Source of the DNA: Desulfatiglandales bacterium
GTDB taxonomy: Bacteria > Desulfobacterota > DSM-4660 > Desulfatiglandales > Desulfatiglandaceae
Assembly (NCBI GenBank): GCA_963666345.1
Contig: OY762721.1
Location: forward strand, 2,496,001 to 2,560,000
Length of the DNA: 64,000 bases
Direction of reading: 5' to 3'
Positions within the stretch are counted from its first letter, which is position 1. Every line of letters starts with the position of its first letter. Below the pieces are notes generated by a model. It ran no database searches. It was given only the letters and a program-made list of their open reading frames with translations, and was not told the DNA's origin. This document shows positions 38,966-49,148 of the stretch, piece by piece. Made by a program: the position numbers and the translations under genes.

Positions 38966-39395
38966 GTCGAAGTCCGCCTCTGCTTTCCTAACCGATAAAG
39001 TCGGTTTTTCTCCAATTCAGATTGGAGAAAAGAGCCCAAGGGGTTAAGGATTCAACCGTTTGGGGTTTCCGGTTCACATTACCATATTGTCAATAAACTG
39101 CCACCCCTGATCCACCATCAAGAGGTAATGTGCGATTTATAGTTCGTAGGTCTCGCTCGTCGCTCCCTGGCGCCTTAAATCTGATAGCCTGCCGGTGGGG
39201 CCGGGGATTCGCCCGAATCCATTTGTCTTCCGGTATCCGATTTAGACGGTGGATTTGGGATCACCAAAGGGCTCGGCCTGTTTCTCAATCAATCCGCAGG
39301 GACAGGGATGGCCTTTAATACTTTGGGATTCCATGCGGTTATCTCATTATGGAAAATCCGGTCCCGTCAGCCGGGCCAGGGAAAAATGCCGGATT

Positions 39396-40097
39396 TCATG
39401 AAAGCAGGGGCATTTTGGCAATATCCCGGAGGATCTTTTTTTTGCGTTCCAGCACATAGGGCCCGGGTTTTACCGGAGACCACCTGTGAGGGCTCGGAAG
39501 TATGGCAGCAAGGGATGCGGCCTGAGAGGGAGTCAGCCATTTTGCCGAACGATTGAAATACCTCCTTGACGCCTCCTCAACTCCCATTATACCTGTGCCC
39601 CAGTCGACCGTATTCAGATACAGTTCAAAGATTCTTTCCTTTTTGCAGAAGAGTTCCAAAAGAACCGTATAATATGCCTCAAGAACCTTCCTGGCCAGAT
39701 TCCTGGAAGGCCATAGAAAAACCGTCCTTGCCGTCTGCATGGAAACGGTGCTCGCCCCTCTCATGGTCCCTTTCCTGAAAATATCCCTTACGGCCTTGTT
39801 CATCTCGATAAAGTCAAATCCATGGTGCTCAAGGAATCTCTGATCCTCTGCCGCAAGAACCGCCTTCCTGGCATTGGGTGATATGTCTTTAAGCTTTTTC
39901 CAGTTTTTTCTCGGACTTTCGTTTATGAGGGGGGTGCCGTCATTCACCCGTCTCAGTAACATTGAAAAGGTAAAGGGAGGATTTATCAGACTGACCGAAA
40001 TGACCTGCAAGACGCTTAATATCAAAAGTAATGCCGATATCTTCAGTGCCAGGATCATCAGCCTGGTTGAAAAAGGTCTTTTACTTTTCTTTGCCAA
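39396..40097 (-). CDS. mtgA: Monofunctional peptidoglycan glycosyltransferase
   Basis: 'AAEDQRFLEHHGFD', 'RGASTVSMQTAR', 'RKVLE', 'KERIFELYLN'. Confidence 0.93.
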   Translation of the reverse strand: MAKKSKRPFSTRLMILALKISALLLILSVLQVISVSLINPPFTFSMLLRRVNDGTPLINESPRKNWKKLKDISPNARKAVLAAEDQRFLEHHGFDFIEMNKAVRDIFRKGTMRGASTVSMQTARTVFLWPSRNLARKVLEAYYTVLLELFCKKERIFELYLNTVDWGTGIMGVEEASRRYFNRSAKWLTPSQAASLAAILPSPHRWSPVKPGPYVLERKKKILRDIAKMPLLS

Positions 40098-40104
40098 TGG
40101 TGCT

Positions 40105-40887
40105 CTACCCTTTCAGGTCCCGGCCTTTTCCCTGAACATTTTTGATTCCGCCTTCGCCACCTTCCTCCGGTCCATTTTTCGCCTCATCCGCCTTGCCACT
40201 GCCCATGCCGATCCGGTTGAGAAACGAGGCGGTCTTTTCCCTGAGAAGGTTTTCAGGGTTGAATCCCCACTTTCTGCTCATATTTACGGATGCAAACAGG
40301 AGTTCCCCCATCTGTTTTTCAAATCGATCTCCGTCCTGTTCGTCAATCGCGGCGGAAAGTCTTTCAACGGCACCTTTCATGTCCTTGAGATGATTGTCAG
40401 GGTCGTCATGGAAAAGCCCCATTTGTGATGATCTTTCCGTTATGCGGTGGGCCCTCTGAAGCGCCGGGAGATTCAGGGGAACAGAGTCAAGAGGGGAAGC
40501 CGTCTTTTCCTCCCTCTTTATCCTGTCCCAGTTTATCGTGACCTCTTCGGAGTTTGAAACCTTTTTATCACCAAAAACATGTGGATGCCGTCTTATCATC
40601 TTTGTCTCGATCCTTTCAAGTACCTCCACAAGGTCAAATTCCCCACGTTCCTCAGCCAGGTGCGAGAGAAACAGGATCTGGAACAACAGATCCCCCAGCT
40701 CTTCGCAGACATCCTGGGGGCATGAGGTTTCGACCGCCTCGACTACCTCATAGGCCTCTTCCAGGAGATAATTTTTTATGGATGAGTCTGTCTGCTCGGC
40801 ATCCCATGGGCAGCCGCCGGGGCCTCTCAGTTTTGACACAAGCCCCGCGAGTCTTGCTATGGCCTTTGAAAGTTTATCGGAATCCAT
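40105..40887 (-). CDS. mazG: Nucleoside triphosphate pyrophosphohydrolase MazG
   Basis: 'LRGPGGCPWDAEQT', 'EEAYE', 'EELGDLLFQ', 'KMIRRHPHVF'. Confidence 0.92.
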   Translation of the reverse strand: MDSDKLSKAIARLAGLVSKLRGPGGCPWDAEQTDSSIKNYLLEEAYEVVEAVETSCPQDVCEELGDLLFQILFLSHLAEERGEFDLVEVLERIETKMIRRHPHVFGDKKVSNSEEVTINWDRIKREEKTASPLDSVPLNLPALQRAHRITERSSQMGLFHDDPDNHLKDMKGAVERLSAAIDEQDGDRFEKQMGELLFASVNMSRKWGFNPENLLREKTASFLNRIGMGSGKADEAKNGPEEGGEGGIKNVQGKGRDLKG

Positions 40888-40888
40888 G

Positions 40889-41443
40889 TTATTCGGATGA
40901 CTTAGGGCCTCTGTTTCCAGGGTTTTCATTAAACGGGCTGTTTTTACCCAGGAGTTTCTCTCTCAGTTTCTGGTATGCCCCGGGTGATATGAGATTGACC
41001 AGTGACTGGTAGGAACTGATTATTACCGGAGCCATCCTGGACTCGGCGATGAGGGGTGCCTTTGACGGAACAAAGAAGGTGATAAGGATGATAGCGAAAT
41101 AGGTTATTATAAGACCCTTCAAAACGGCCAGCCCGGCGCCAAGGACCCTGTCCGCCCAGCCGAGAAAGGCCTTTTTGACCAGAAACCTGAGTCCCATTCC
41201 GAGGAGGCTGCAGGTAATGAAAACGATTATGAAGATCGCCCCGAAACTTATAAGAGGCAGGAATTTGACTGAAGGCAAATAGGCCTTAAGATATGATGTC
41301 AGGTGAGGCTGAAAGAGATTGGCCAGCCATAGACCTGATATAACACCGGCAAGGGAACCTATTTCTCTGAAAAAGCCTCGAAAAATACCACGGACGACAA
41401 AAAATATCATCGCTGCGATTATGCTTATGTCAAGGGGATTCAT
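40889..41443 (-). CDS. CvpA-family membrane protein
   Basis: 'RGIFRGFFRE', 'GWADRVLGAGL.VLKG'. Confidence 0.85.
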   Translation of the reverse strand: MNPLDISIIAAMIFFVVRGIFRGFFREIGSLAGVISGLWLANLFQPHLTSYLKAYLPSVKFLPLISFGAIFIIVFITCSLLGMGLRFLVKKAFLGWADRVLGAGLAVLKGLIITYFAIILITFFVPSKAPLIAESRMAPVIISSYQSLVNLISPGAYQKLREKLLGKNSPFNENPGNRGPKSSE

Positions 41444-41684
41444 GGTGGATTATTATATTTGCCCCGGCGGATTCGTCAAGGTGAATGTATTTTATCCTGT
41501 TATTAAAGGCCTGATTCCATGAGCCGGGCCGGGGTTCTCTACTTTTTCAGCCGGAACAGCCTGATCCCTGCTGTGGGGAGTTTCATGCCGGATCAGTGCC
41601 GTTACAAGGTGCTGGATGTTTAACAGAGGGATATGGTAGGAAGACGAGTTAATCGGGTATTGTCTTGTTCAACCGGCTTAGATT

Positions 41685-44600
41685 ATGAAAGATCACAAAA
41701 TAAAAATCAACGGGGCCAGACAGCATAATCTCAAGAATCTTGATCTGGAGATCCCTATCAACCGGATAACGGCGGTAACGGGTGTAAGCGGTTCCGGGAA
41801 ATCCTCACTCGCCTTTGACACCCTCTATGCGGAAGGTCAGCGGCGCTATATAGAGACCTTTTCACCCTATGCGCGCCAGTTCATGGACAGGATGGACCGG
41901 CCGATGGTGAAAAGCATAGAGGGAATACCTCCCGCACTTGCCATCGACAGAAAAGACCCGGTGAGGACCTCCCGCTCCACAGTAGGAACAATGACCGAGA
42001 TTACCGACCATGTGAAGCTTCTTTACTTCAGACTGGGGCAGCTTCACTGCAGGAACTGCGGAAGGCCCGTTCGGCCCGACAGCCCCGAATCGGTATGGGA
42101 GAAGCTGGAAAAGCTGCAAGATGGCAGGGAGGTGATCGTCGCATTTCCTTATCCGATGGAGGGTGCGGGAAAAAAGGGGTCGGCCTTTCTGCGAAGCCTT
42201 GGTTATTCAAGATACATCGAAGACAGGGATATCAAGTCTCTTAATGATCAAACGCCTCGACGCAGCTCGACTCTTCAGGTCGTAGCGGACAGGCTGAGAT
42301 TTTCAGTCAGTGACCGCAAAAGGATAATCGATTCCCTGGAGCAGGCCTTTCGCTTTGGAAAGGGAGTTGCTGAAATCTGGTCGCCTCCCGACATCCATCT
42401 CCGGTTCAGCAACAGTAGGGAATGCGCCGACTGCCGGATATCCTACAGGGAGCCTCTTCAAAATCTTTTTTCCTTTAACAGTCCGATCGGGGCCTGTGAG
42501 ACCTGCCGGGGGTTCGGCAGAATAATCGACATAGACACGGACCTGATAATTCCCGACCAAAGACTTTCCATAGAAGAGGGCGCCGTAAAGCCGTGGGGAG
42601 GGAAATCGGAGGGGCGCAGGGAATATTACGATCTTGTCTCCTTTTGCGGCAATGAGGGTATCCATACGGATGTCGCCTTCAAAGACCTGGGAAAAGAGGA
42701 AAAAGAGGCAATTATTGAAGGTACTTCCGAGTATTACGGAATCAGGGGCTTTTTCAGGTGGGTTGAAACCAAGGCCTACAAGATGCATGTACGGGTATTT
42801 CTTTCACGTTACAGGGCGTACAAGGTCTGTCCTGAATGCGGAGGTGCCAGATTCAGGGAAGAGGCCCTGCTTTACCGCGTAAACGGGCTTTCCATAGACC
42901 AGGTTTACGCGATGAATGTGTCTGACGCGGGACGGTTTTTTGAGGGGGTCAAGATTCCTGCAGGCGACGATGCCTCCAAGCTGGTCCTAGAGCAGATAAA
43001 GGGAAGGGTAAGATACCTGAAGGAGGTAGGACTCGATTATCTTACCCTTGATCGTCAGTCGCGGACACTATCGGGCGGAGAGGTCCAGCGTGTAGCCCTG
43101 GCATCTTCAATAGGTTCCTCCCTTGTAAATACCCTTTACATCCTTGACGAACCGAGTATCGGTCTCCATCCCCGTGACGGCATGAGGCTTATAAGGATTC
43201 TCGAGGGTCTCAGGGACATGATGAACACGGTCGTAATTGTGGAGCATGATCCTGAAATAATCAGGGCCTCCGATTACATGCTGGAGCTTGGCCCGGGTGC
43301 CGGGGAAAATGGTGGAAACCTTGTATATTTCGGCCCGACAGCCGCGGCTGAGGGGTCATTGACGGGCGATTATCTGAAGGGAACAAGGAGGGTTCCCCTG
43401 CCGGAGAGCCGCAGGACCCCTAAAAGAGGCGAATGGATTACGATCAAGGCCCCTAAAGAGAATAATCTCAAAGGCATGGATGTCTTGATCCCTCTGAATC
43501 TGTTTGTCTGTCTGACCGGGGTATCAGGATCAGGGAAATCAACCCTTGCCGAAGAGATCCTCTATAAGGGCGTGAAATGGGCAAAGGGAAGGCCCTCTGG
43601 CAGGCCCGGCTCTTACATGGCCATAAAGGGGATCGACCATGTCACGGATGCCGTTCTCGTTGACCAGAGGCCCATAGGCAGAACACCCAGGGCCAATCCC
43701 CTCACCTATACAAAGGCCATGGACAGTGTAAGAAAGATAATGGCGGGAACGGACAAGGCCAAAGAGAAGGGATTCACCGCAAGCCATTTTTCTTTTAACA
43801 CGGAGCCGGGGCGCTGCAGCGCCTGCAGGGGGGAAGGTTTTGAAAAGGTGGAGATGCAGTTTCTTTCCGATGTCTTTGTCCTTTGTCCCGAATGCGGTGG
43901 AAAGCGTTTCACCAAGGAGGTCCTTGAGGTTACCTACCGGGGCATGAATATTTACGATATACTGACGATGACCGTGGAGCAGGCCTGCCAATTCTTCGAG
44001 GACAGGCCGAAGATCCTGTCCGCGCTCAGACCTCTTCGCGAGGTGGGGCTCGGCTACGTTCGTCTGGGCCAGCCGATAAACACCCTGTCCTGCGGAGAGT
44101 CCCAGAGGCTGAAACTGACGCCCTTTCTGAAGGAAAAACCGGAAAAGGGGAATCTCTTTATCTTTGACGAACCGACCACGGGGCTCCACTTCGAGGATAT
44201 CGAGAAGCTTCTCAGGTCTCTTCAAAGACTCGTGTCCCGGGGAAACACGGTCCTGGTGATTGAACACAATATGGATGTTATCAAAAATGCGGACTGGATA
44301 ATCGACCTGGGACCCGAAGGAGGAGAAAAGGGGGGAGAGGTAGTTGCAGCCGGTCCCCCGGAGGAGATCTCAGCCTCTGAGGTTTCCCACACGGGAAGGT
44401 TTCTGAAACAGAGTCTCAAGGCGCGGTCCATTCCTTACAGAAAGGAGAAAAAAGCCAAGGGCAAGCCGGATCAAGACAGGGAAATTATAAAGGTCAGCGG
44501 GGCAAGGGAACATAACCTCAAAGACCTTTCTCTTTCCATACCCCGAAACAAGCTTGTCGTTTTCACCGGTGTTTCAGGTTCGGGAAAATCAACCCTTGCC

Positions 44601-46949
44601 TTTGACATCCTCTTTGCAGAAGGTCAGCGCAGGTATCTTGACAGCCTTGCCCCGTACGTAAGACAGTACATGAAAATACTTGAGAGGCCCGATGTCGACG
44701 CGGTCACGGGGCTGCCGCCGTCTGTGGCCATAGAGCAGCGTATGAGCAGGTCGGGCCGCCGCTCAACAGTTGCGACCCTGACCGAGATCTATCACTTCAT
44801 GAGGCTGCTTTTCAGCAAGACGGGAAGGCAGCACTGCCCGGGATGCGGAAGGGCCCTTACCACCCGAACAAGAGAGAATATCATCCATATGGTTCAGGAC
44901 AGATACGGCGGCTCCAAAGCGCTTGTCCTGGCCCCCAAGGTTGCAGGGAAAAAAGGCTATCACAGGGAGGTCCTTTCGAAAGGGCTTTCAGGGGGTTATA
45001 AGACAGCTCGGATAGACGGCGTTTTGACAAGCCTCAAGAAGGGGCTTTGTCTTGATCGCTACAGAGAGCACTCAATAGAGTATGTGATCGGGGACATGAG
45101 TCGGGACGCCGATTCCATTATCAAAGATGCCCTGGTTGAGGGAGGAGGAAGTCTTATCGTGTCCTCGGGCAGGTCGGGTGAGGAGGTTTTCAGCCTTCAG
45201 GGGTTCTGTCCTTCCTGCGGTATAAGTCTGCCTGAGCTTGATCCGAGACTTTTTTCCTTTAACAGTTCACATGGGGCCTGCCGGTTCTGTGACGGCCTTG
45301 GTGAACTGGAGGACCCGGACACAGGCAGCAAAAGGACCTGCCCTGAATGCGGTGGAAGCAGGCTCAGGCCTGAGGCCCTGGCGGTAAAGATAGGAGGCCT
45401 TTCCATATGGGACCTGGTAAAAGAGCCTTCCCGTAAGATAACAGACATCTTAAGCACCCTTTCCTTTGAAATGAGGGATGAAAAGGTGGCGCGCCCAGTT
45501 ATCGAGGAGATCCTCCTGCGCCTTTCTCTTTTAAACCGCCTGGGGCTGTCCTATCTCGGGCTCAGCAGAAGCGGGGACACCCTGTCGGGAGGTGAGGCTC
45601 AAAGGGTAAGACTTTCGGCGCAGCTTGGCTCAAACCTGACAGGCGTCTGCTATATCCTTGACGAGCCGACGATCGGGCTTCATTCGAGGGACAATATGAT
45701 GCTTCTCGAAGCGCTCAAGGATCTCAGGCAGAGGGGAAATACGATCCTTGTGGTAGAGCATGACGAAGACACGATCAGGGAAGCGGATCATCTGATCGAT
45801 CTGGGCCCTGAAGCGGGAAGTGAAGGAGGCAGGCTGGTGGCCCAGGGGACGCTGGAGGATCTCAAGAGGGTCCCCTATTCCCAGACAGGCGCTTGCTTTA
45901 ACGGTCGTCCGCACAGGATAACATCCCGTTTCAGGGATTACGCGGGGGCTGAAAAACTGACCCTAAAAGGGGCCGGCAAACATAATCTAAAAAGGGTAAA
46001 TGTGAATTTTCCCCTTGGGACCTTGATATGTATCACCGGTGTTTCAGGTTCCGGGAAGTCGACACTGCTAAAGGAGGTTCTTTATAAAGGGCTTCAGGGG
46101 CTTGTCGGAAAAGACGGAGAGTATCCCCAAAATGTCGGAGCAATAGAGGGCTGGCAGCATATCGAACGTGTCCTTGAGGTGGATCACAGTCCCATAGGCA
46201 GGACACCCAGATCGGTGCCGGCGTCATATGTCGGATTCCTGACCCATATAAGAAAACTGTTTTCCCTTACGCCCGATTCGAGGACCAGGGGGTATGGCCC
46301 GGGCAGGTTCTCTTTTAATGTCGGATCGGGCAGATGCGCTACGTGCCGAGGGCATGGCAGTCTCAAGGTGGAGATGAGTTTTCTGCCGGATGTATACGTT
46401 GTCTGTGAGCAGTGCATGGGGAAAAGGTTCAATGAGGAGACCCTTGCCGCCACGTACAAGGGAAAGAACATATCCGAGGTGCTGGATCTTACCTTTGAGG
46501 AGGCGGCGTCCTTTTTTTCCGCTGTCCCTTTTATAAAAAGGGCGGTCAGGTTCGTATGCGATATCGGGCTTGGATATCTTCGTCTGGGTCAGCCCAGCCC
46601 TACTCTTTCAGGCGGTGAGGCACAGAGGATAAAACTGGCAAGGGAGCTTGCCAAAAAATCAAAGGGGCACACGTTATACATCCTGGATGAACCGACGACA
46701 GGGCTTCACCTTTCTGATGTCAGAAGACTTGCAGGCATATTTCAGTCTATCGTGGAAAAAGGAAACACCATCGTGGTAATCGAGCATAACATGGAGATAA
46801 TCAAGGAGGCCGATTATATAATAGATCTGGGACCTGAGGGAGGGGAGGCAGGTGGAAGGGTAGTTGCAAAGGGTTCTCCTCTGGAGATTATGGACATGGA
46901 CAAGATTTCTCATACCGGGAGATTTCTGAAAAAATATATAGGTGAGTAG
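41685..46949 (+). CDS. uvrA: Double-length excinuclease ABC subunit A (four ABC domains)
   Basis: Two complete UvrA units: GARxHNLK / GVSGSGKS / AEGQRRY twice; four Walker A and four DEP Walker B motifs; Zn fingers. Confidence 0.95.
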   Translation: MKDHKIKINGARQHNLKNLDLEIPINRITAVTGVSGSGKSSLAFDTLYAEGQRRYIETFSPYARQFMDRMDRPMVKSIEGIPPALAIDRKDPVRTSRSTVGTMTEITDHVKLLYFRLGQLHCRNCGRPVRPDSPESVWEKLEKLQDGREVIVAFPYPMEGAGKKGSAFLRSLGYSRYIEDRDIKSLNDQTPRRSSTLQVVADRLRFSVSDRKRIIDSLEQAFRFGKGVAEIWSPPDIHLRFSNSRECADCRISYREPLQNLFSFNSPIGACETCRGFGRIIDIDTDLIIPDQRLSIEEGAVKPWGGKSEGRREYYDLVSFCGNEGIHTDVAFKDLGKEEKEAIIEGTSEYYGIRGFFRWVETKAYKMHVRVFLSRYRAYKVCPECGGARFREEALLYRVNGLSIDQVYAMNVSDAGRFFEGVKIPAGDDASKLVLEQIKGRVRYLKEVGLDYLTLDRQSRTLSGGEVQRVALASSIGSSLVNTLYILDEPSIGLHPRDGMRLIRILEGLRDMMNTVVIVEHDPEIIRASDYMLELGPGAGENGGNLVYFGPTAAAEGSLTGDYLKGTRRVPLPESRRTPKRGEWITIKAPKENNLKGMDVLIPLNLFVCLTGVSGSGKSTLAEEILYKGVKWAKGRPSGRPGSYMAIKGIDHVTDAVLVDQRPIGRTPRANPLTYTKAMDSVRKIMAGTDKAKEKGFTASHFSFNTEPGRCSACRGEGFEKVEMQFLSDVFVLCPECGGKRFTKEVLEVTYRGMNIYDILTMTVEQACQFFEDRPKILSALRPLREVGLGYVRLGQPINTLSCGESQRLKLTPFLKEKPEKGNLFIFDEPTTGLHFEDIEKLLRSLQRLVSRGNTVLVIEHNMDVIKNADWIIDLGPEGGEKGGEVVAAGPPEEISASEVSHTGRFLKQSLKARSIPYRKEKKAKGKPDQDREIIKVSGAREHNLKDLSLSIPRNKLVVFTGVSGSGKSTLAFDILFAEGQRRYLDSLAPYVRQYMKILERPDVDAVTGLPPSVAIEQRMSRSGRRSTVATLTEIYHFMRLLFSKTGRQHCPGCGRALTTRTRENIIHMVQDRYGGSKALVLAPKVAGKKGYHREVLSKGLSGGYKTARIDGVLTSLKKGLCLDRYREHSIEYVIGDMSRDADSIIKDALVEGGGSLIVSSGRSGEEVFSLQGFCPSCGISLPELDPRLFSFNSSHGACRFCDGLGELEDPDTGSKRTCPECGGSRLRPEALAVKIGGLSIWDLVKEPSRKITDILSTLSFEMRDEKVARPVIEEILLRLSLLNRLGLSYLGLSRSGDTLSGGEAQRVRLSAQLGSNLTGVCYILDEPTIGLHSRDNMMLLEALKDLRQRGNTILVVEHDEDTIREADHLIDLGPEAGSEGGRLVAQGTLEDLKRVPYSQTGACFNGRPHRITSRFRDYAGAEKLTLKGAGKHNLKRVNVNFPLGTLICITGVSGSGKSTLLKEVLYKGLQGLVGKDGEYPQNVGAIEGWQHIERVLEVDHSPIGRTPRSVPASYVGFLTHIRKLFSLTPDSRTRGYGPGRFSFNVGSGRCATCRGHGSLKVEMSFLPDVYVVCEQCMGKRFNEETLAATYKGKNISEVLDLTFEEAASFFSAVPFIKRAVRFVCDIGLGYLRLGQPSPTLSGGEAQRIKLARELAKKSKGHTLYILDEPTTGLHLSDVRRLAGIFQSIVEKGNTIVVIEHNMEIIKEADYIIDLGPEGGEAGGRVVAKGSPLEIMDMDKISHTGRFLKKYIGE

Positions 46950-47113
46950 GATCTCAGGATAAGTTGAAGTTGATCAGCCAAGATAGAGCAAAATTGGCTT
47001 TTGAGCGAAGGGGTTCGAGTGAACCGCTGAAGAATTACAAGCACCTGAGTCTTTGTTCGCCGCGGGAGGGACCCGGGGATGACCGATAAGACTTAACAGA
47101 GGATCATGGAAAG

Positions 47114-47596
47114 ATGGAACAAAAAAGCAGGTCCCGGATAAAAAAAGAGATGCTTGCCCTACAGAAGCTTGGAGAGCGGCTTGTGGAGCTTTCGCCTGAG
47201 ATGCTTTCGGAAATCGAAGTGCCCGGTCAACTGAGGGATGCCGTTATCGAGGCAAAGGCGATAAAGAAGCATGAGGCCCTTAGAAGACAGATGCAGTTTA
47301 TAGGCTCACTGATGAGGAAGACCGATGTTACCCCGATAAAAGATGCCCTTGACAATATAGCAAAGGGAAGAAAACAGGAGGCTGCGGCCTTTAAAAGGGT
47401 CGAAGATTTGAGAGACCGGCTTGTCGGGCAGGATGAAGAGGCCTTGGATAGGACATTTGAACAATTTCCTGATGCCGACAGGCGGACGTTAACTCAGCTT
47501 GTGAGAAACGCCAGGAAGGAAGAGATAAGAGGAGATTCCAGAAAGGCATACAAAAGTCTTTTCAGGTACCTAAGGGGTCTGACCTGGAAAAAATGA
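47114..47596 (+). CDS. yjgA: YjgA/DarP ribosome-associated protein (DUF615)
   Basis: 'KSRSRIKKEMLALQKLGERLV', 'RRQMQFIGSLMR', 'LVRNA', 'LFRYL'. Confidence 0.9.
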   Translation: MEQKSRSRIKKEMLALQKLGERLVELSPEMLSEIEVPGQLRDAVIEAKAIKKHEALRRQMQFIGSLMRKTDVTPIKDALDNIAKGRKQEAAAFKRVEDLRDRLVGQDEEALDRTFEQFPDADRRTLTQLVRNARKEEIRGDSRKAYKSLFRYLRGLTWKK

Positions 47597-47806
47597 CGAT
47601 TTGCGTCTCAAGGGGTCCGGTTCATGAGGCAGGACGTGAACCATTCAAACAGGGTGTCTACGTCATATCAATGGGGTATTCCCTGCTTTCCTGATAGACG
47701 ACAGATACAGGGTGGTTTCTTTTACCGGCATGTGAGCGCCGATTGCCGGTATCACCAATACGGAAAAAGGATTTCGTGATTAGAAACGAACAATTGAGGA
47801 TGAAGA

Positions 47807-49039
47807 TTGAAAAAGCAACTCCATAGTTCTTTTGAAAAGGATTATGAGGTCGAAGCAAGACAACAAATCCGAAAGAGCAATCTGGGTCTTAACCAGGCCA
47901 TGGGCCCGGTGTTTCTGTTGACCTGTATCTTTTTTGTCCTCTTTTTGGCCAGACAGATGGCCGGTCCTTTCCTTCCTGCCATTGAAGAGGAGTTAGGCAT
48001 AAGCCATGCCTACAGCGGACTTTTTATTCTGTTTATGGGAATAGGCTTTTCCCTCAGCCAGCTTGGAGCGGCCTATATGGCGGGGGCATGGGGGTATAGG
48101 CCCTGCATCCTCTATTCCCTTTGGGGTTCCGCCTTTGCAATGGTCCTTGTGGGCCTTCTCATGTCTCCATGGACGCTATGTTTCGGCTTTTTTGTGCTGG
48201 GTATCGTGGGGGGAGTTTACGTGCCTACCGGCATTGCATTCATAACGGTGCTGATCAGACCCAGTGATTGGGGCAAGGCCATGGGGATACATGAAATAGC
48301 CCCCAATCTCGGATTGATTGCCGCGCCTTTTCTGGCTACCGCTGCTATTTACCTATGCTCCTGGCGTCTTGGATACTTCAGCATAGCTGCTGCCTCGGCC
48401 CTGTTGGGGGTGGTCTATGCCGGGAAGGGAATGGATGTGGAGGATAAACCTTCACCGCCCGATCTGAAGCGGATCAGGCAGACCGTTAGTAATCGCAGTT
48501 TCTGGGTGGTGGGTGTTTTGTTGAGCCTTGCGGTAGGAGTAGAGACAGGGGTTTATGCCATCCTCCCTCTGTTTCTCGTTAACGAGCGTGGTTTTGATCT
48601 GGCAGCGGCCAACCAGCTACTCGGTTGCTCACGACTCCCGGGTCTTTTAATGGTGCTTGTTTCCGGGTGGATAACCGACCGTCTTACCCCGAGGATAACA
48701 ATTTTGCTTGCCTTGTGCCTGTCAGGTGTCACAATAATCTTTCTGGGGCTCGGTCCGCGGAATATGCTTATTCCTGCTATTTTTCTGCAGGCTGCCGCCT
48801 CAGCCTGTCTGTTTCCTCCTATCCTGTCGGCGGCTTCAGGGATATCGACCCCTGAAAATCGTGCCTTGACCATTTCACTGAGTCTGGCCGTTGCACCGGT
48901 GGCAGGAGGAGGCCTGCTTCCCGCCGGTATCGCCCTGGCAGGGGACCTGGGTTCCTTTTCCTCAGGTTTGGCTGCGGCAGGGATTTTTGCCTTGTCAGGT
49001 ATGGTACTGATCCCTTTTCTAAAAAAGAAGGACTCTTAG
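47807..49039 (+). CDS. MFS transporter (start uncertain)
   Basis: About 12 TM; 'WGKAMGIHEIAPNL', 'GWITDRL'. Confidence 0.85.
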   Translation: MKKQLHSSFEKDYEVEARQQIRKSNLGLNQAMGPVFLLTCIFFVLFLARQMAGPFLPAIEEELGISHAYSGLFILFMGIGFSLSQLGAAYMAGAWGYRPCILYSLWGSAFAMVLVGLLMSPWTLCFGFFVLGIVGGVYVPTGIAFITVLIRPSDWGKAMGIHEIAPNLGLIAAPFLATAAIYLCSWRLGYFSIAAASALLGVVYAGKGMDVEDKPSPPDLKRIRQTVSNRSFWVVGVLLSLAVGVETGVYAILPLFLVNERGFDLAAANQLLGCSRLPGLLMVLVSGWITDRLTPRITILLALCLSGVTIIFLGLGPRNMLIPAIFLQAAASACLFPPILSAASGISTPENRALTISLSLAVAPVAGGGLLPAGIALAGDLGSFSSGLAAAGIFALSGMVLIPFLKKKDS

Positions 49040-49148
49040 AGCTTCACCTTTGGACTAAAGAAATTTGGGCACTGCCTGATTCATCCTCCAATTCTCAAGT
49101 TGTCGAATGAGCCTGTAGCGGCCTTTTTTGTGAAGGCAAAAGGATGTG

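Noticed and set aside
39199..39278. SRP or 6S RNA identity for the hairpin
   Set aside because: Lacks the SRP domain IV GGAA-GG-AGCAG signature; too short for 6S
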